DNA of 64,000 bases from positions 128,001-192,000 of the forward strand of contig CBDDDG010000010.1 in NCBI GenBank assembly GCA_965226555.1, in the 5' to 3' direction. A model generated the notes under the pieces. The model was not told the DNA's origin. It searched no databases and worked only from the letters and a program-made list of their open reading frames with translations. This document shows, one piece after another, positions 29,826 through 39,097 of the stretch. The position numbers were made by a program, and so were the translations under genes. Source of the stretch: Salinispira sp. GTDB lineage: Bacteria; Spirochaetota; Spirochaetia; DSM-27196; Salinispiraceae. Within the stretch, counting starts at the first letter, position 1; each line of letters begins with the position of its first letter.

Positions 29826-31163
29826 TCAGGGTTTCATTTCCTCATTAAGAATGTTTGCTTCTTCGGTAAGCTCATTGAGGGTTGAGGAGATATCGGCTCC
29901 ATCAATCATTGCATTATATGCTGCGGCAATAAGTCCCCGCACCTGATCATAACTGATAATAGGCGGTTCTGTCTTTATTTCCGAATTCAGCAGAATATCG
30001 AATGCATCGCCATACTGACTGTTGCCTGCGATATAATCGCCCATTCCATCGCGGACAGATGAGCGGACGGGAAAGTATCCGCTTACCTCACTCCACTTCT
30101 TCTGGATTTCAGGAGATGTATAGTGTTTTACAAAAAGCCATGCCGCAAGCTGCTTTTCAGGACCTGTGCGGGGAATGGAAACCGATGCTCCGTACATGTC
30201 CATTACCGGCTCTGCAGTGGTATATGGAAAATACGCAACTGACCAGTTAAAGGTTCCCCGATCGCTTGCGTCAATGGCAGCCTGATAGTAGGGAATACCG
30301 GATGTTGATCCCATGGAAAAGGGTGTGAAACTATTGGCAAAATCTGTCTGATTCCCGTAACGCTCGGAAATTTTTCTGGCTGCGCCTCTGTCATAGAGGT
30401 TTTTCATCCAGACCACCGCATCCCGGAACTCAGGAATGTCGAATTCATACCCTACTCCGCTCGCATCGAGATAGCCATCGCCTCCCCTGCTGATAATTTG
30501 GGCGAAAATGTTAGATGCGTCGGGGCTGATAGGAAGCCCATAGGTACCCTCTTCTTCATCGGTTGCCGCAATGATCATGTCAGCAAATTCTTCCCAGGTT
30601 CGCGGCGGAGCCTCATACCCGAGTTCTCTCAGCCAGTCTATGTTGTAATACAGAACCTCCATGGAGCGGTTCGGCGGAAAGCCCAGACGCTTATTATCAA
30701 ACTGAGCGTTATAATCGCTGTTATAGATACCCTCAATGAAATCGGCCCGATCTTCCTCGTTCAGTCCGTATTCAGGATGATTGATATAGGTCTCTATATC
30801 CACCAACCCATCGGCAAGCATATATGAAGCCGCCTGGCTCTGATACGCAACCACCAGATCAGGAACGAGATTACCGACAATTCCCGTGATCATCTTATTG
30901 TAGATGTCTTCGTAACTACCTGCGTATTCCCCAATGACGGTAATACCCCAGGGATTTGTTTGGTTGAAATCATCAATGATCCTATTCAACTCTTCTTCCC
31001 TGCTTCTGGTATGCTGATGCCAGAAGATCACTTCGACGCCGTCTACATCGATCTCATTGAGTTCGAGCTGCTCAGACGAGGGCTGTTCATTGCCGCCCCG
31101 CGCAAAAATAAGTGCTCCCGACAGTATCAGGATCAAATATATCAAAAAAAATTGCTTACTCAT
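29826..31163 (-). CDS. ABC transporter sugar/glycerophosphate-type substrate-binding protein
   Basis: Signal peptide ...IFARGG; FWH, LYYN, PRTWEE, AAWLFVK, SGYFPVR. Confidence 0.92.
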   Translation of the reverse strand: MSKQFFLIYLILILSGALIFARGGNEQPSSEQLELNEIDVDGVEVIFWHQHTRSREEELNRIIDDFNQTNPWGITVIGEYAGSYEDIYNKMITGIVGNLVPDLVVAYQSQAASYMLADGLVDIETYINHPEYGLNEEDRADFIEGIYNSDYNAQFDNKRLGFPPNRSMEVLYYNIDWLRELGYEAPPRTWEEFADMIIAATDEEEGTYGLPISPDASNIFAQIISRGGDGYLDASGVGYEFDIPEFRDAVVWMKNLYDRGAARKISERYGNQTDFANSFTPFSMGSTSGIPYYQAAIDASDRGTFNWSVAYFPYTTAEPVMDMYGASVSIPRTGPEKQLAAWLFVKHYTSPEIQKKWSEVSGYFPVRSSVRDGMGDYIAGNSQYGDAFDILLNSEIKTEPPIISYDQVRGLIAAAYNAMIDGADISSTLNELTEEANILNEEMKP

Positions 31164-31233
31164 GGTAAGTCCTCCTGTTTTTTCTTTTTTTTCATTCCCC
31201 GTAAACGGGTAATACTCTTTGCAAAACTTTGAC

Positions 31234-32088
31234 CTAGCCCTTTATTCCGCTGTACGTTATTGCCTCGGTAATGTGCCTCTGAGCAACAATATATACAAGA
31301 ATTACCGGAATGAGGGCAATGGAAGATGCGGCCATTCTCAGATGGCTTTCGGCTGCCGCCTCAGAGAGAAATTTGAGTAATCCGACCGTGAGGGGGCGCC
31401 AAGTATCGCTATTCGTAATAACCAGTGGCCATTGCAGCGCATTCCATGCTCCGGTAAAACTGAGGAAGATAGTCGTAAACAGCGGAGCGCGGATGAGCGG
31501 CAGCGCTATGAAAATCATGGTGCGGAACGTTCCTGCGCCATCTATTCTTGCCGATTCCAAGAAGGAATTCGGAAGTTGATTGAAAAATTGCCGCAGAAGA
31601 AAAATGAAAAAAGCACTTCCCATGAAGGGCGCGGTGAGGGCCGGAAGGGTATTGAACCAGCCGAGATTTCTTATTGTCAGAAAATTGGGAATTGTTAATA
31701 CTGTTTCAGGAATCATGAGGGTGGTAAGCAGTACAATGAACAGTACATTCTTTCCCTTAAAAGGAATCTTGCTGAATGCATAGGCAGCGGGAACACTGGT
31801 CAGAAGAACTCCGATGACCGTCACGCTTGAAACAATGCTGCTATTAATGAAGTACCGTCCAATTCCCTCATTCCATGCAATCTGATAGTTCTGAAACTGA
31901 AGAGCATTCAGCGGGGGCCAGAAATTGGGATGAAAGGGAGAAGAGCTTACTCTGGTAATGGTCTGCCCATAGGTTTTCAGACTTGTACTCAGCATGTACA
32001 TGAGGGGGAGCAGGGCTATAAAGGCCGCAAGGCTTATGAGAATATACAGCATTGTTCGGTTACTGTTTTTTCTGAATGTATTATTCAT
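31234..32088 (-). CDS. carbohydrate ABC transporter permease (MalG/UgpE-like)
   Basis: AAYAF, FLLRQFF, ESARIDGA (EAA loop), WN...WPL. Confidence 0.93.
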   Translation of the reverse strand: MNNTFRKNSNRTMLYILISLAAFIALLPLMYMLSTSLKTYGQTITRVSSSPFHPNFWPPLNALQFQNYQIAWNEGIGRYFINSSIVSSVTVIGVLLTSVPAAYAFSKIPFKGKNVLFIVLLTTLMIPETVLTIPNFLTIRNLGWFNTLPALTAPFMGSAFFIFLLRQFFNQLPNSFLESARIDGAGTFRTMIFIALPLIRAPLFTTIFLSFTGAWNALQWPLVITNSDTWRPLTVGLLKFLSEAAAESHLRMAASSIALIPVILVYIVAQRHITEAITYSGIKG

Positions 32089-33328
32089 TATACGAATTCC
32101 TCTGCATAATTCTGTTCTGAAACACCGTAAGCAGGAGTACAATACAGAGAAGAATGAGACTCAGCGCCGATGCGTAGCCGAATCGTGAACGCCCGAAAAA
32201 TATGGTAAAAATATAAATGCTCAGGGGATCGGCTGCGTTGGCGATGATATTGTTGCGCAGCACCCAAATGTGCGTGAAATTTTTGAATGTTCCGATAATA
32301 CCGAGAAGTGTAAGAAAATAGGTGGTCGGACGAAGGAGCGGAAGAACAACGTGAAAAAACACCGCATGCCGGGGGGCTCCATCAACCTTAGCAACCTCAT
32401 ACAGCACTTTGGGAATCTGACTCAGCCCATTGGTGAAGATGAGGGCATAATAGCCGATATATACCCACCAACTGAAAAACAATATGGAAACGAGGGCGAG
32501 GCTGGGACCCTCTGCCCAAGTATTCCAATACTCGCCGATAATACCCGCAGGGGAAAGCGCCCCGCCTGCGCCAAAGAGTATTCTGAAAATACCCTCCGAT
32601 TCAAAAAGCCATTCCTGAGGCGCCATGCCCAGATCTATGAGCAGCTGGTTGGCAAAGCTCTCATGCCGCGCAGAGAACAGGCGCTCAAAAACTGCCGCCC
32701 CCGCGACAACAGGAACAATGTAGGGAAGAAGCAGCGCAGTCCGATAAAACTGTTTTCCGGTAAATTTTCTGTTTAAAAGCCAGGCAATATATACACCGCC
32801 AGCAAGCTGCAGGGGAACAGAGCCCATACTGTACCAGATTGTTACCCGAAGACTATCGAGCATATTCTGGTCGCCGGCCCGATACAAAACAGGAAGCGCG
32901 AAGATCATCAGCATACCTCCTGCCGTAAGAAAACCAACATGAAGCAGCCAGTGAGTACGGGCATTCTGCCAGATAAAACGAAGGCGATGTTCAGTAATGA
33001 ATCGATTTCGGGTTCTCTTCATAACCTGTTCCCGAAAGAGCAGTGAACATCCAATGAGAAGCACGGCGCCAAGTACAAGTACAAACCCCGCTCCCTCACC
33101 GAATATCTGTCGATAATTTTCCAGACCGATAAAGGCATTTTTCTTTATCCGCCATTTGTGCAGGCTTATAAAGAGGGTGTAGAAAAGAGGATATATACCA
33201 AAAACAGCGATAATAATGAAGGCTGGCAGGATGTACAAGTATCCCTCATATTTTCGAAACTGAGTATTCGTTTTATTGATGGGAATTCCGCTCACTGGCA
33301 ATATCAATATATTCCTGCGATATATCAA
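32081..33328 (-). CDS. carbohydrate ABC transporter permease (MalF/UgpA-like); start uncertain
   Basis: YILPA, FIGLENY, LYEVAKVDGA, GYASA. Confidence 0.9.
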   Translation of the reverse strand: MIYRRNILILPVSGIPINKTNTQFRKYEGYLYILPAFIIIAVFGIYPLFYTLFISLHKWRIKKNAFIGLENYRQIFGEGAGFVLVLGAVLLIGCSLLFREQVMKRTRNRFITEHRLRFIWQNARTHWLLHVGFLTAGGMLMIFALPVLYRAGDQNMLDSLRVTIWYSMGSVPLQLAGGVYIAWLLNRKFTGKQFYRTALLLPYIVPVVAGAAVFERLFSARHESFANQLLIDLGMAPQEWLFESEGIFRILFGAGGALSPAGIIGEYWNTWAEGPSLALVSILFFSWWVYIGYYALIFTNGLSQIPKVLYEVAKVDGAPRHAVFFHVVLPLLRPTTYFLTLLGIIGTFKNFTHIWVLRNNIIANAADPLSIYIFTIFFGRSRFGYASALSLILLCIVLLLTVFQNRIMQRNSYNE

Positions 33329-34079
33329 TTCCGATCCACTGCCGCCCGTTCAGTCTGGCCATCTTGCAGGTCGTTCCGCTTCCGCACATTGGATCAAGTA
33401 CCAGATCGCCCGGATTCGTCCACGACAGAATATGATCGCCGGCCAGTTTTTCGGGGAAAATTGCCGGGTGACGGAAAGCTATTTTGTCGGTGGTGCTGCC
33501 GCCGAGACCCACAGCATACTGCCAGATATTTGTCCGTGTCTTTTCTTTTTTGAGTTCAACAGGCCGTTTGCGGTTCACAGCATCCGGACCCTTGTTCGAT
33601 ACAGCAGTTTCCCATCCGTGGCGCCTCGTCGGAACCTTAAGCGGATGAAATGTTTTTGGTTTGCCCTTTGCAAACACAAGCATTAGTTCATAGCAGTTTG
33701 TATACGCATTTGAGCGCATAAAGGGCGTGTTTTTCTTCTGATATATCATCACATCATGGACAAGAAAACCGCAATCTTTCCCGATGAACGCATGATCAAA
33801 ACTGGACAGGCTCCGGCTTCCGCTGATCCGCTCCCCAACGACCCACACACATACACCGCCCGGCTTCGTGACGCGGTAAACCGCAGACAGCATTTCTGCG
33901 GGGTCAAAGGAGTAGCCCCGGTAATTCCGCAGGTCATCATAAGGCGGGCTTGTTACTGTCAGGTCAATTGATGCTTCCTCACAGCTATGGTTGAGTAGAT
34001 CAACAGCATTCCCTGTGTAGAATGAGTTTACCTGCATGGCGGATTTCTGCATGGTCATCAGACTGCTGTGCTGCTCCAT
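33273..34079 (-). CDS. site-specific DNA methyltransferase (beta-class amino-MTase)
   Basis: DLTVTSPPY near N-terminus, HPAIFPE, DPMCGSGTT near C-terminus; AGGAG RBS before ATG 34079. Confidence 0.92.
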   Translation of the reverse strand: MEQHSSLMTMQKSAMQVNSFYTGNAVDLLNHSCEEASIDLTVTSPPYDDLRNYRGYSFDPAEMLSAVYRVTKPGGVCVWVVGERISGSRSLSSFDHAFIGKDCGFLVHDVMIYQKKNTPFMRSNAYTNCYELMLVFAKGKPKTFHPLKVPTRRHGWETAVSNKGPDAVNRKRPVELKKEKTRTNIWQYAVGLGGSTTDKIAFRHPAIFPEKLAGDHILSWTNPGDLVLDPMCGSGTTCKMARLNGRQWIGIDISQEYIDIASERNSHQ

Positions 34080-34097
34080 TCCGAATTCTCTCCTCAT

Positions 34098-34183
34098 TTC
34101 TTTGCGCGCCCGTATCAATAGCAGAAAAATTATCATCAACTTCTTTCTGTTTTTTGATTCTATAATCATCCATAACTAACACT
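34098..34183 (-). pseudogene. deleted duplicate of the 35626-36163 gene pair
   Basis: MDDYRIKKQKEVDDNFSAID joined directly to TGAQR; DNA matches ~36103-36173 and ~35778-35800. Confidence 0.8.
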
Positions 34184-34187
34184 TCTC

Positions 34188-34242
34188 GAAATTTTTGCAT
34201 TGGAAAATTGTGCTTGCACAATTTCCAGTAACAAAACTTTCT
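34188..34242. repeat. AT-rich hairpin repeat (MITE/REP-like)
   Basis: gaaatttttgcattggaaaattgtgcttgcacaatttccagtaacaaaactttct, imperfect palindrome. Confidence 0.85.
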
Positions 34243-34397
34243 GGTAACAATTTAATCAATAATCTTACAAAGCGTCAACTATGGAGGCCAGAACTTCCCC
34301 AGCAATTTTTTTGACAGGATTTTGACAGAATAGTACGGTGTTCACGCCGGAATCGGAGAAGATATGTATTTTGCATCCGGTATATATGCCAGCGCTG

Positions 34398-34808
34398 TTA
34401 TTCCTGTCCGTTTTGCTGAAATGCTCGAATTTCATCATCGCTCAGCCCGGTAACATCCTGAATGTCATGGGCTGAAAATCCTTTGGAAAACATACTGCGG
34501 GCGTTTTTTCTCCGCTCCTCAATATGCCCCTCAGCGCGACCTGCCTGCTGTATTTCCTGCCGCTTTTCCTGTATTTCCTGCCGCTTTTCCTGTATTTCCT
34601 GCCGCTTTTCCTGTATTTCCTGCTGCGCTTCCTGCCGCTTTTCCTGTATTTCCTGCCGCTTTTCCTGTATTTCCTGCTGCGCTTCCTGCCGCATTTCCTT
34701 CGTTTCCTGACGCATTTCCTTCGTTTCCTGCCTGACCTGGGCTTTGACCTCTTTGTAAATTCTCAGTTGCCACGGGAACAGTATTTCTATTCCTTCTTTT
34801 GTAATCAT
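34398..34808 (-). CDS. putative internally initiated small Rpn protein (RpnS-like, 136 aa)
   Basis: AAGGAGGTAATTGAT-ATG in frame inside the gene. Confidence 0.7.
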   Translation of the reverse strand: MITKEGIEILFPWQLRIYKEVKAQVRQETKEMRQETKEMRQEAQQEIQEKRQEIQEKRQEAQQEIQEKRQEIQEKRQEIQEKRQEIQQAGRAEGHIEERRKNARSMFSKGFSAHDIQDVTGLSDDEIRAFQQNGQE

Positions 34809-35573
34809 ATCAATTACCTCCTTCATAGTGTAATCGTTAACGTTCGTCTCTGAGATGTGTGTATTATAGAGCACATCGCTCATAATGAGCAAGGATTCCT
34901 TCACCTTTTCGCCAGTGTCATGCTGGAGAATGTTCAAAAGATGCTTCGTGAATTCAGCGCAATTATCCTCATTCTTCAAATCTTTGTTGTAGCGCGCAAG
35001 GTAAAAATAGGCAGCCACACGACCGTGGAACTGCAGTATTTTCTCATGTGGGAGCCTATGCACATCAATAACAGGATACTCAAAGATTTGGCGATATGTA
35101 CTCGGAAGGCTCCCAGCCCGCGTGTCTTCCGTCGCGATCTGCGGCCATTTCCGCATTCCCGTGTACAGAACAATGGGGTATACCCAATGATGTTGGTACG
35201 TTTTCGAATTCCGAATATGCTGTTCGAGCATATCGGTGTATACGAATAGGCGCCTGCGCATGGAATAATCGACAGTCGATTGATGTTCCAGAATGATATA
35301 GACGGTTTTCTCTTCCTTCCCGGAGCGAAAGGAAATTTTTGCAACGATATCCGATATTTTGCGCATAAGCTTCTTCAGCTTTTTGTCTCCGAGCTCCCGA
35401 GCGATGAACTCGTTGCTCACAATCGTAATGTTCTCAGGGCGAACATATTGTATCCAATCATCATCGACAAATTGCAGCAGTTGATATATGGATTCAGCAT
35501 CGCCAAACAAGTATTTGTGAGTTTCATCCCATTGTTTTCGCGGCTTTTGATGAGCCTGACTCCGTTTCTTCAT
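34398..35573 (-). CDS. Rpn family nuclease / putative transposase (second subfamily)
   Basis: WDETHKYLF, SDIV, YIILEHQSTVD..M..R, PIVLYTG..KW; 21-bp QEIQEKR repeats; VTGLS..EI end. Confidence 0.9.
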   Translation of the reverse strand: MKKRSQAHQKPRKQWDETHKYLFGDAESIYQLLQFVDDDWIQYVRPENITIVSNEFIARELGDKKLKKLMRKISDIVAKISFRSGKEEKTVYIILEHQSTVDYSMRRRLFVYTDMLEQHIRNSKTYQHHWVYPIVLYTGMRKWPQIATEDTRAGSLPSTYRQIFEYPVIDVHRLPHEKILQFHGRVAAYFYLARYNKDLKNEDNCAEFTKHLLNILQHDTGEKVKESLLIMSDVLYNTHISETNVNDYTMKEVIDMITKEGIEILFPWQLRIYKEVKAQVRQETKEMRQETKEMRQEAQQEIQEKRQEIQEKRQEAQQEIQEKRQEIQEKRQEIQEKRQEIQQAGRAEGHIEERRKNARSMFSKGFSAHDIQDVTGLSDDEIRAFQQNGQE

Positions 35574-35625
35574 ATAAGGATAACGGGGGAAATGTTCGTG
35601 GGGATTGAGTTTTTGCGAAAAAAGT

Positions 35626-35913
35626 TTAAAAAATGTAAAAAATTTCTATTTTTTCAGCCCATGTGCACGTTTTAACCACATATTGGTTAACTTCAACAAC
35701 CGCCGTTGCAGACTTCATTTTAGTTTTTGATTCAGGTATCAGCTCTAAAGAAGAAACCAATTTCTGACTTACGCAGGTTCTTTGCGCGCCCGTATCAATA
35801 AGAGCGGTAAAATGTTCAGGTGCCATCTCTTTATCATACGGTGTGATCGGAGAATGAACATGTACTGAGATAATACATTGGTCATTCTCCACACTGCCTT
35901 TATACGAAGGCAT
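35626..35913 (-). pseudogene. retropepsin-like aspartic protease, C-terminally truncated
   Basis: ALIDTGAQRTCVS active-site motif; lacks the second LLGxD motif and runs into the AT-rich Rpn upstream region. Confidence 0.7.
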
Positions 35914-36163
35914 GTGAATAGTATCCTAAATCGACTATGTTTGTTGTTACCCGCTGAATAGAGAATAGTTTATCATCGTATTTCAGCGTTCCCGCCTGGT
36001 ACGCATCGCCCCAAGTGCTGTAATATCCTTTTATCTCTTTATTTTTCATTAGGGCATACGTCCCGTATTTTTCGGGAGGGATTTTTTTCTCAGCTATCAA
36101 TATATCAATAGCGGAAAAATTATCATCTACTTCTTTCTGTTTTTTGATTCTATAATCATCCAT
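35900..36163 (-). CDS. small hypothetical protein (DUF5678-like partner of aspartic protease)
   Basis: G.YALM.N.EI.G.Y.T..DAY.AG pattern; overlaps protease start; GGGGAG RBS. Confidence 0.65.
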   Translation of the reverse strand: MDDYRIKKQKEVDDNFSAIDILIAEKKIPPEKYGTYALMKNKEIKGYYSTWGDAYQAGTLKYDDKLFSIQRVTTNIVDLGYYSHAFV

Positions 36164-36232
36164 AACTAACACTCCCCTATGTAATATAACAGAAACTTTG
36201 CGCGCAAACCCACGAATGCAGCCTGCGGGCGC

Positions 36233-37684
36233 TTATTCCCCCGTGGGCGGACGCGCCCCGGTCGCCAAGTCGTAGGCGTAAATTCTGTCATCTTCATCAC
36301 TCATTACCCACATTGTTGTTCCATCCGACCAAATATCAATGCTTTGATTATTTTCACCACCAATCACGTTAAAATCTTTACTACTATCGTGGGTGTTAGA
36401 GCTCAGGGTGTAGGCATAGATTTTCTTATCTTTATTATCCGCCACCCACATGGTTGTTCCATCCGACCAGAGGCCATAGTAGTCAACATTCGCGCTCGTA
36501 AACGTGATATCACTTGTCGTAACTGCTGTTGCAGAGGTCTTGTCAGTTACATCGTAGGCTCTGAGGGACGTACCGCTGGCAGTAAACGTCAGCCACATTG
36601 TTGTGTCATTCGCCCAGATTCCTTGGGGAAAAACAATAGTCGTGAAATCCTTGCCCGTATCGTATGACTGGTCACTCATCTTGTAGGCATAGAATTTGAG
36701 ATCATTCCAATCTGCCACCCACATCGTTGTTCCATCCGACCAGATACCGCGGGCGGAGTTATTCAAGCTAGTAAGCGCAAAATCTTTGTCTTCATCGCGT
36801 TCCTTAGTAATCATGTTGTAGGCATAGATTTTGTCATCAATATTATCCGACACCCACATTGTTGTTCCATCCGACCATATTCCTCCGGGGTCAGTATTCC
36901 CGGCAGCGGCAAGCGTGGTGAAATCGTCTTTGCTGTAGCCATAGGGGTTATAAAAATTGCCGGTGTCGCGGTGAATTCCTCCAACGTCAAAGCCTGCCGC
37001 GTTGTAGCCGTCTTCATCGTAGCCGTCCAGATCGTAGGGTTCATCGGTGTCGCGGTGAATGCCCGCAAGGTTAAAGCCTGCCGCGTTGTAGCCGTCCTTG
37101 TCGTAACCGTACCGGTCGTAGATATCGTCGGTGTCGCGGTGCATACCCATTTCATCAAAACCGTTTGCGTCATAGCCGGTCGAGTCATAGCCCTCTTTGT
37201 CATACCCGGCCGAGTCAAAGCCGTTTGCGTCATAGCCATTCGAGTCGTATTCTGTGCCGTTGCGGTGAATGCCTGCAAGGTTAAAGCCAGCGGCGTTGTA
37301 GCCGTCATTGCCGTAACCGGATCGGTCATATTCCGTGCCAGTGTCTCGGTGATTGCCATCGGCATTAAAGCCCTCTATGTCATGGCCGGTCGAGTCATAG
37401 CCCTCTTTGTCATACCCGGCAGAGTCAAAGCCGTTTGCGTCATAGCCATTCGGGTCGTATTCCGTGCCGGTATCCCGATGAATACCATCGTCATTAAAGC
37501 CGGACGGGTCGTATTCCGTGCCGGTATCTTGATGAATGCCATCGGCATTGAAGCCGTTTGGACCATACATTTCACAGGCCGTGAGAATTAATATTAGGGT
37601 AAACATGAAAAAGAGCCCTCTCAGCAGCTGCGGGCTGAGAAAACGTTTCCTGCTTTCCTTTTGTTTATTATCAGAAATCTGCAT
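36233..37684 (-). CDS. repeat lipoprotein: acidic GYD/GF..G.HRDT repeats plus GIWSDGTTMWV beta-propeller-like repeats
   Basis: Lipobox LTAC; many 5-aa G(Y/F)D units; five G(I/L)W.D.TTMWV.D...KIYAY-type blades. Confidence 0.85.
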   Translation of the reverse strand: MQISDNKQKESRKRFLSPQLLRGLFFMFTLILILTACEMYGPNGFNADGIHQDTGTEYDPSGFNDDGIHRDTGTEYDPNGYDANGFDSAGYDKEGYDSTGHDIEGFNADGNHRDTGTEYDRSGYGNDGYNAAGFNLAGIHRNGTEYDSNGYDANGFDSAGYDKEGYDSTGYDANGFDEMGMHRDTDDIYDRYGYDKDGYNAAGFNLAGIHRDTDEPYDLDGYDEDGYNAAGFDVGGIHRDTGNFYNPYGYSKDDFTTLAAAGNTDPGGIWSDGTTMWVSDNIDDKIYAYNMITKERDEDKDFALTSLNNSARGIWSDGTTMWVADWNDLKFYAYKMSDQSYDTGKDFTTIVFPQGIWANDTTMWLTFTASGTSLRAYDVTDKTSATAVTTSDITFTSANVDYYGLWSDGTTMWVADNKDKKIYAYTLSSNTHDSSKDFNVIGGENNQSIDIWSDGTTMWVMSDEDDRIYAYDLATGARPPTGE

Positions 37685-37712
37685 ACACATATCCTCCATA
37701 CAGAATTATAGT

Positions 37713-37768
37713 AGAAACTTTTGCATTGAAAAATTGCGCGTGCGCAATTTCCAGTAGCAAAACTTTCT
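37713..37768. repeat. AT-rich hairpin repeat (MITE/REP-like)
   Basis: agaaacttttgcattgaaaaattgcgcgtgcgcaatttccagtagcaaaactttct. Confidence 0.85.
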
Positions 37769-37829
37769 GGAATAGTTTAATCAATAATTTTACAAAGCGT
37801 CAACTATGTAGGAGAAATTTTTTGGGAGT

Positions 37830-39086
37830 ATGGCGCGTGTATGGGTGAATTGTCGTATATTTATGTCGTATATTACAATGATGAAAATTCCATTAGCAAA
37901 GCTGAGCACGACTGAACGCCGAACATATGTGCTGGACAGCACGCGGGGAGCTGTGGACGGGGTACTCCTCAGCCTTGAACAATCCGTATTTCTCCTTGTT
38001 GCCATACAGTTTTTTGCTGTCGCAGATATTTATACATCACTCATTACATCGTCCAGATTTATCGGGCTTTTTATGACCGTTTTTCTTCCTTCGCTTTTCG
38101 GCAGGCGCGGATGGACAAAATCGTTTCTGGTGGGTACGAACACTCTGTTGGCCGGATGCTTTCTCATACTTTCGGCAACAGATGAAGTATTCTTTGTTCC
38201 GGGCATCGTTCTGCACCTCATACTCATAGCAGTGCGCACGCCTCTGCTCACGGCAATTTATGAAGAAAACTACGCAAAGAACAGGCGGGGGCGCTTATAT
38301 TCTACCGGCGTGATGCTCAGTATTATCTGCGGACTCGCTACCGGTTTCATTTCCGCCAACCTGCTGGAAAAGGACATTACCCTTTACCGCATTCTGTTCA
38401 TATTCATTGGCCTGCTCACCATCATCAGCGGGCTCCTGTTTCTCAAGGTGCCCTCCGACAAGCTTCGGGAAAACAATCATCCTCTCAAGGATCTCAAGCT
38501 TCTGGTCAGGAACAAATTGTTCGGACTCATGAGCCTGAGCTGGTCCATAGTGGGTTTTGCAAACCTCTGGTCACTGCCGCTGAGGGTCGTACACCTTGCC
38601 GATCCTGAACGCGGGCTCAATTTTTCACCGTTTTTAGTTATATTGGTTCTGAGTATTTTCCCCAACCTGATACGGATACTGCTTAATTATTACTGGGCAG
38701 GACATTTCGACAGGCATCATTTTCTCCGCATGCGTATAACGCTCAATGTATTTATTGCCGGCGGTATTTTAATTTTTTTCCTTGGAAAAACCCTCATTGC
38801 CGTCTCCATCGGCTCAATCATCATGAGCATCGGATTTGCCGGAGGAGCGTATCTATGGAATTTGTGGGTAATGAAAATTGCCCCGCCGGGCGAAACACAG
38901 CATTATATGACTGCCCACACCTTCCTCGCCGGATTACGGGGTATGGTTTCTCCCTTTCTGGGTGTTTTCGCAGCGCAGATCGTGAATCTGCAGGGAATCG
39001 GCATTATCTCATTCGGTATAATGTTTGCGGGAAGCCTCGTACTTCTTCCCTCCCTGAAGGCTTTGGAGGCTCTGGAGAAAACCTGA
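37830..39086 (+). CDS. MFS transporter (start may be 37878)
   Basis: About 12 hydrophobic segments; 'Y....RGRLYS' loop motif. Confidence 0.8.
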   Translation: MARVWVNCRIFMSYITMMKIPLAKLSTTERRTYVLDSTRGAVDGVLLSLEQSVFLLVAIQFFAVADIYTSLITSSRFIGLFMTVFLPSLFGRRGWTKSFLVGTNTLLAGCFLILSATDEVFFVPGIVLHLILIAVRTPLLTAIYEENYAKNRRGRLYSTGVMLSIICGLATGFISANLLEKDITLYRILFIFIGLLTIISGLLFLKVPSDKLRENNHPLKDLKLLVRNKLFGLMSLSWSIVGFANLWSLPLRVVHLADPERGLNFSPFLVILVLSIFPNLIRILLNYYWAGHFDRHHFLRMRITLNVFIAGGILIFFLGKTLIAVSIGSIIMSIGFAGGAYLWNLWVMKIAPPGETQHYMTAHTFLAGLRGMVSPFLGVFAAQIVNLQGIGIISFGIMFAGSLVLLPSLKALEALEKT

Positions 39087-39097
39087 GGTTGGGTGAA

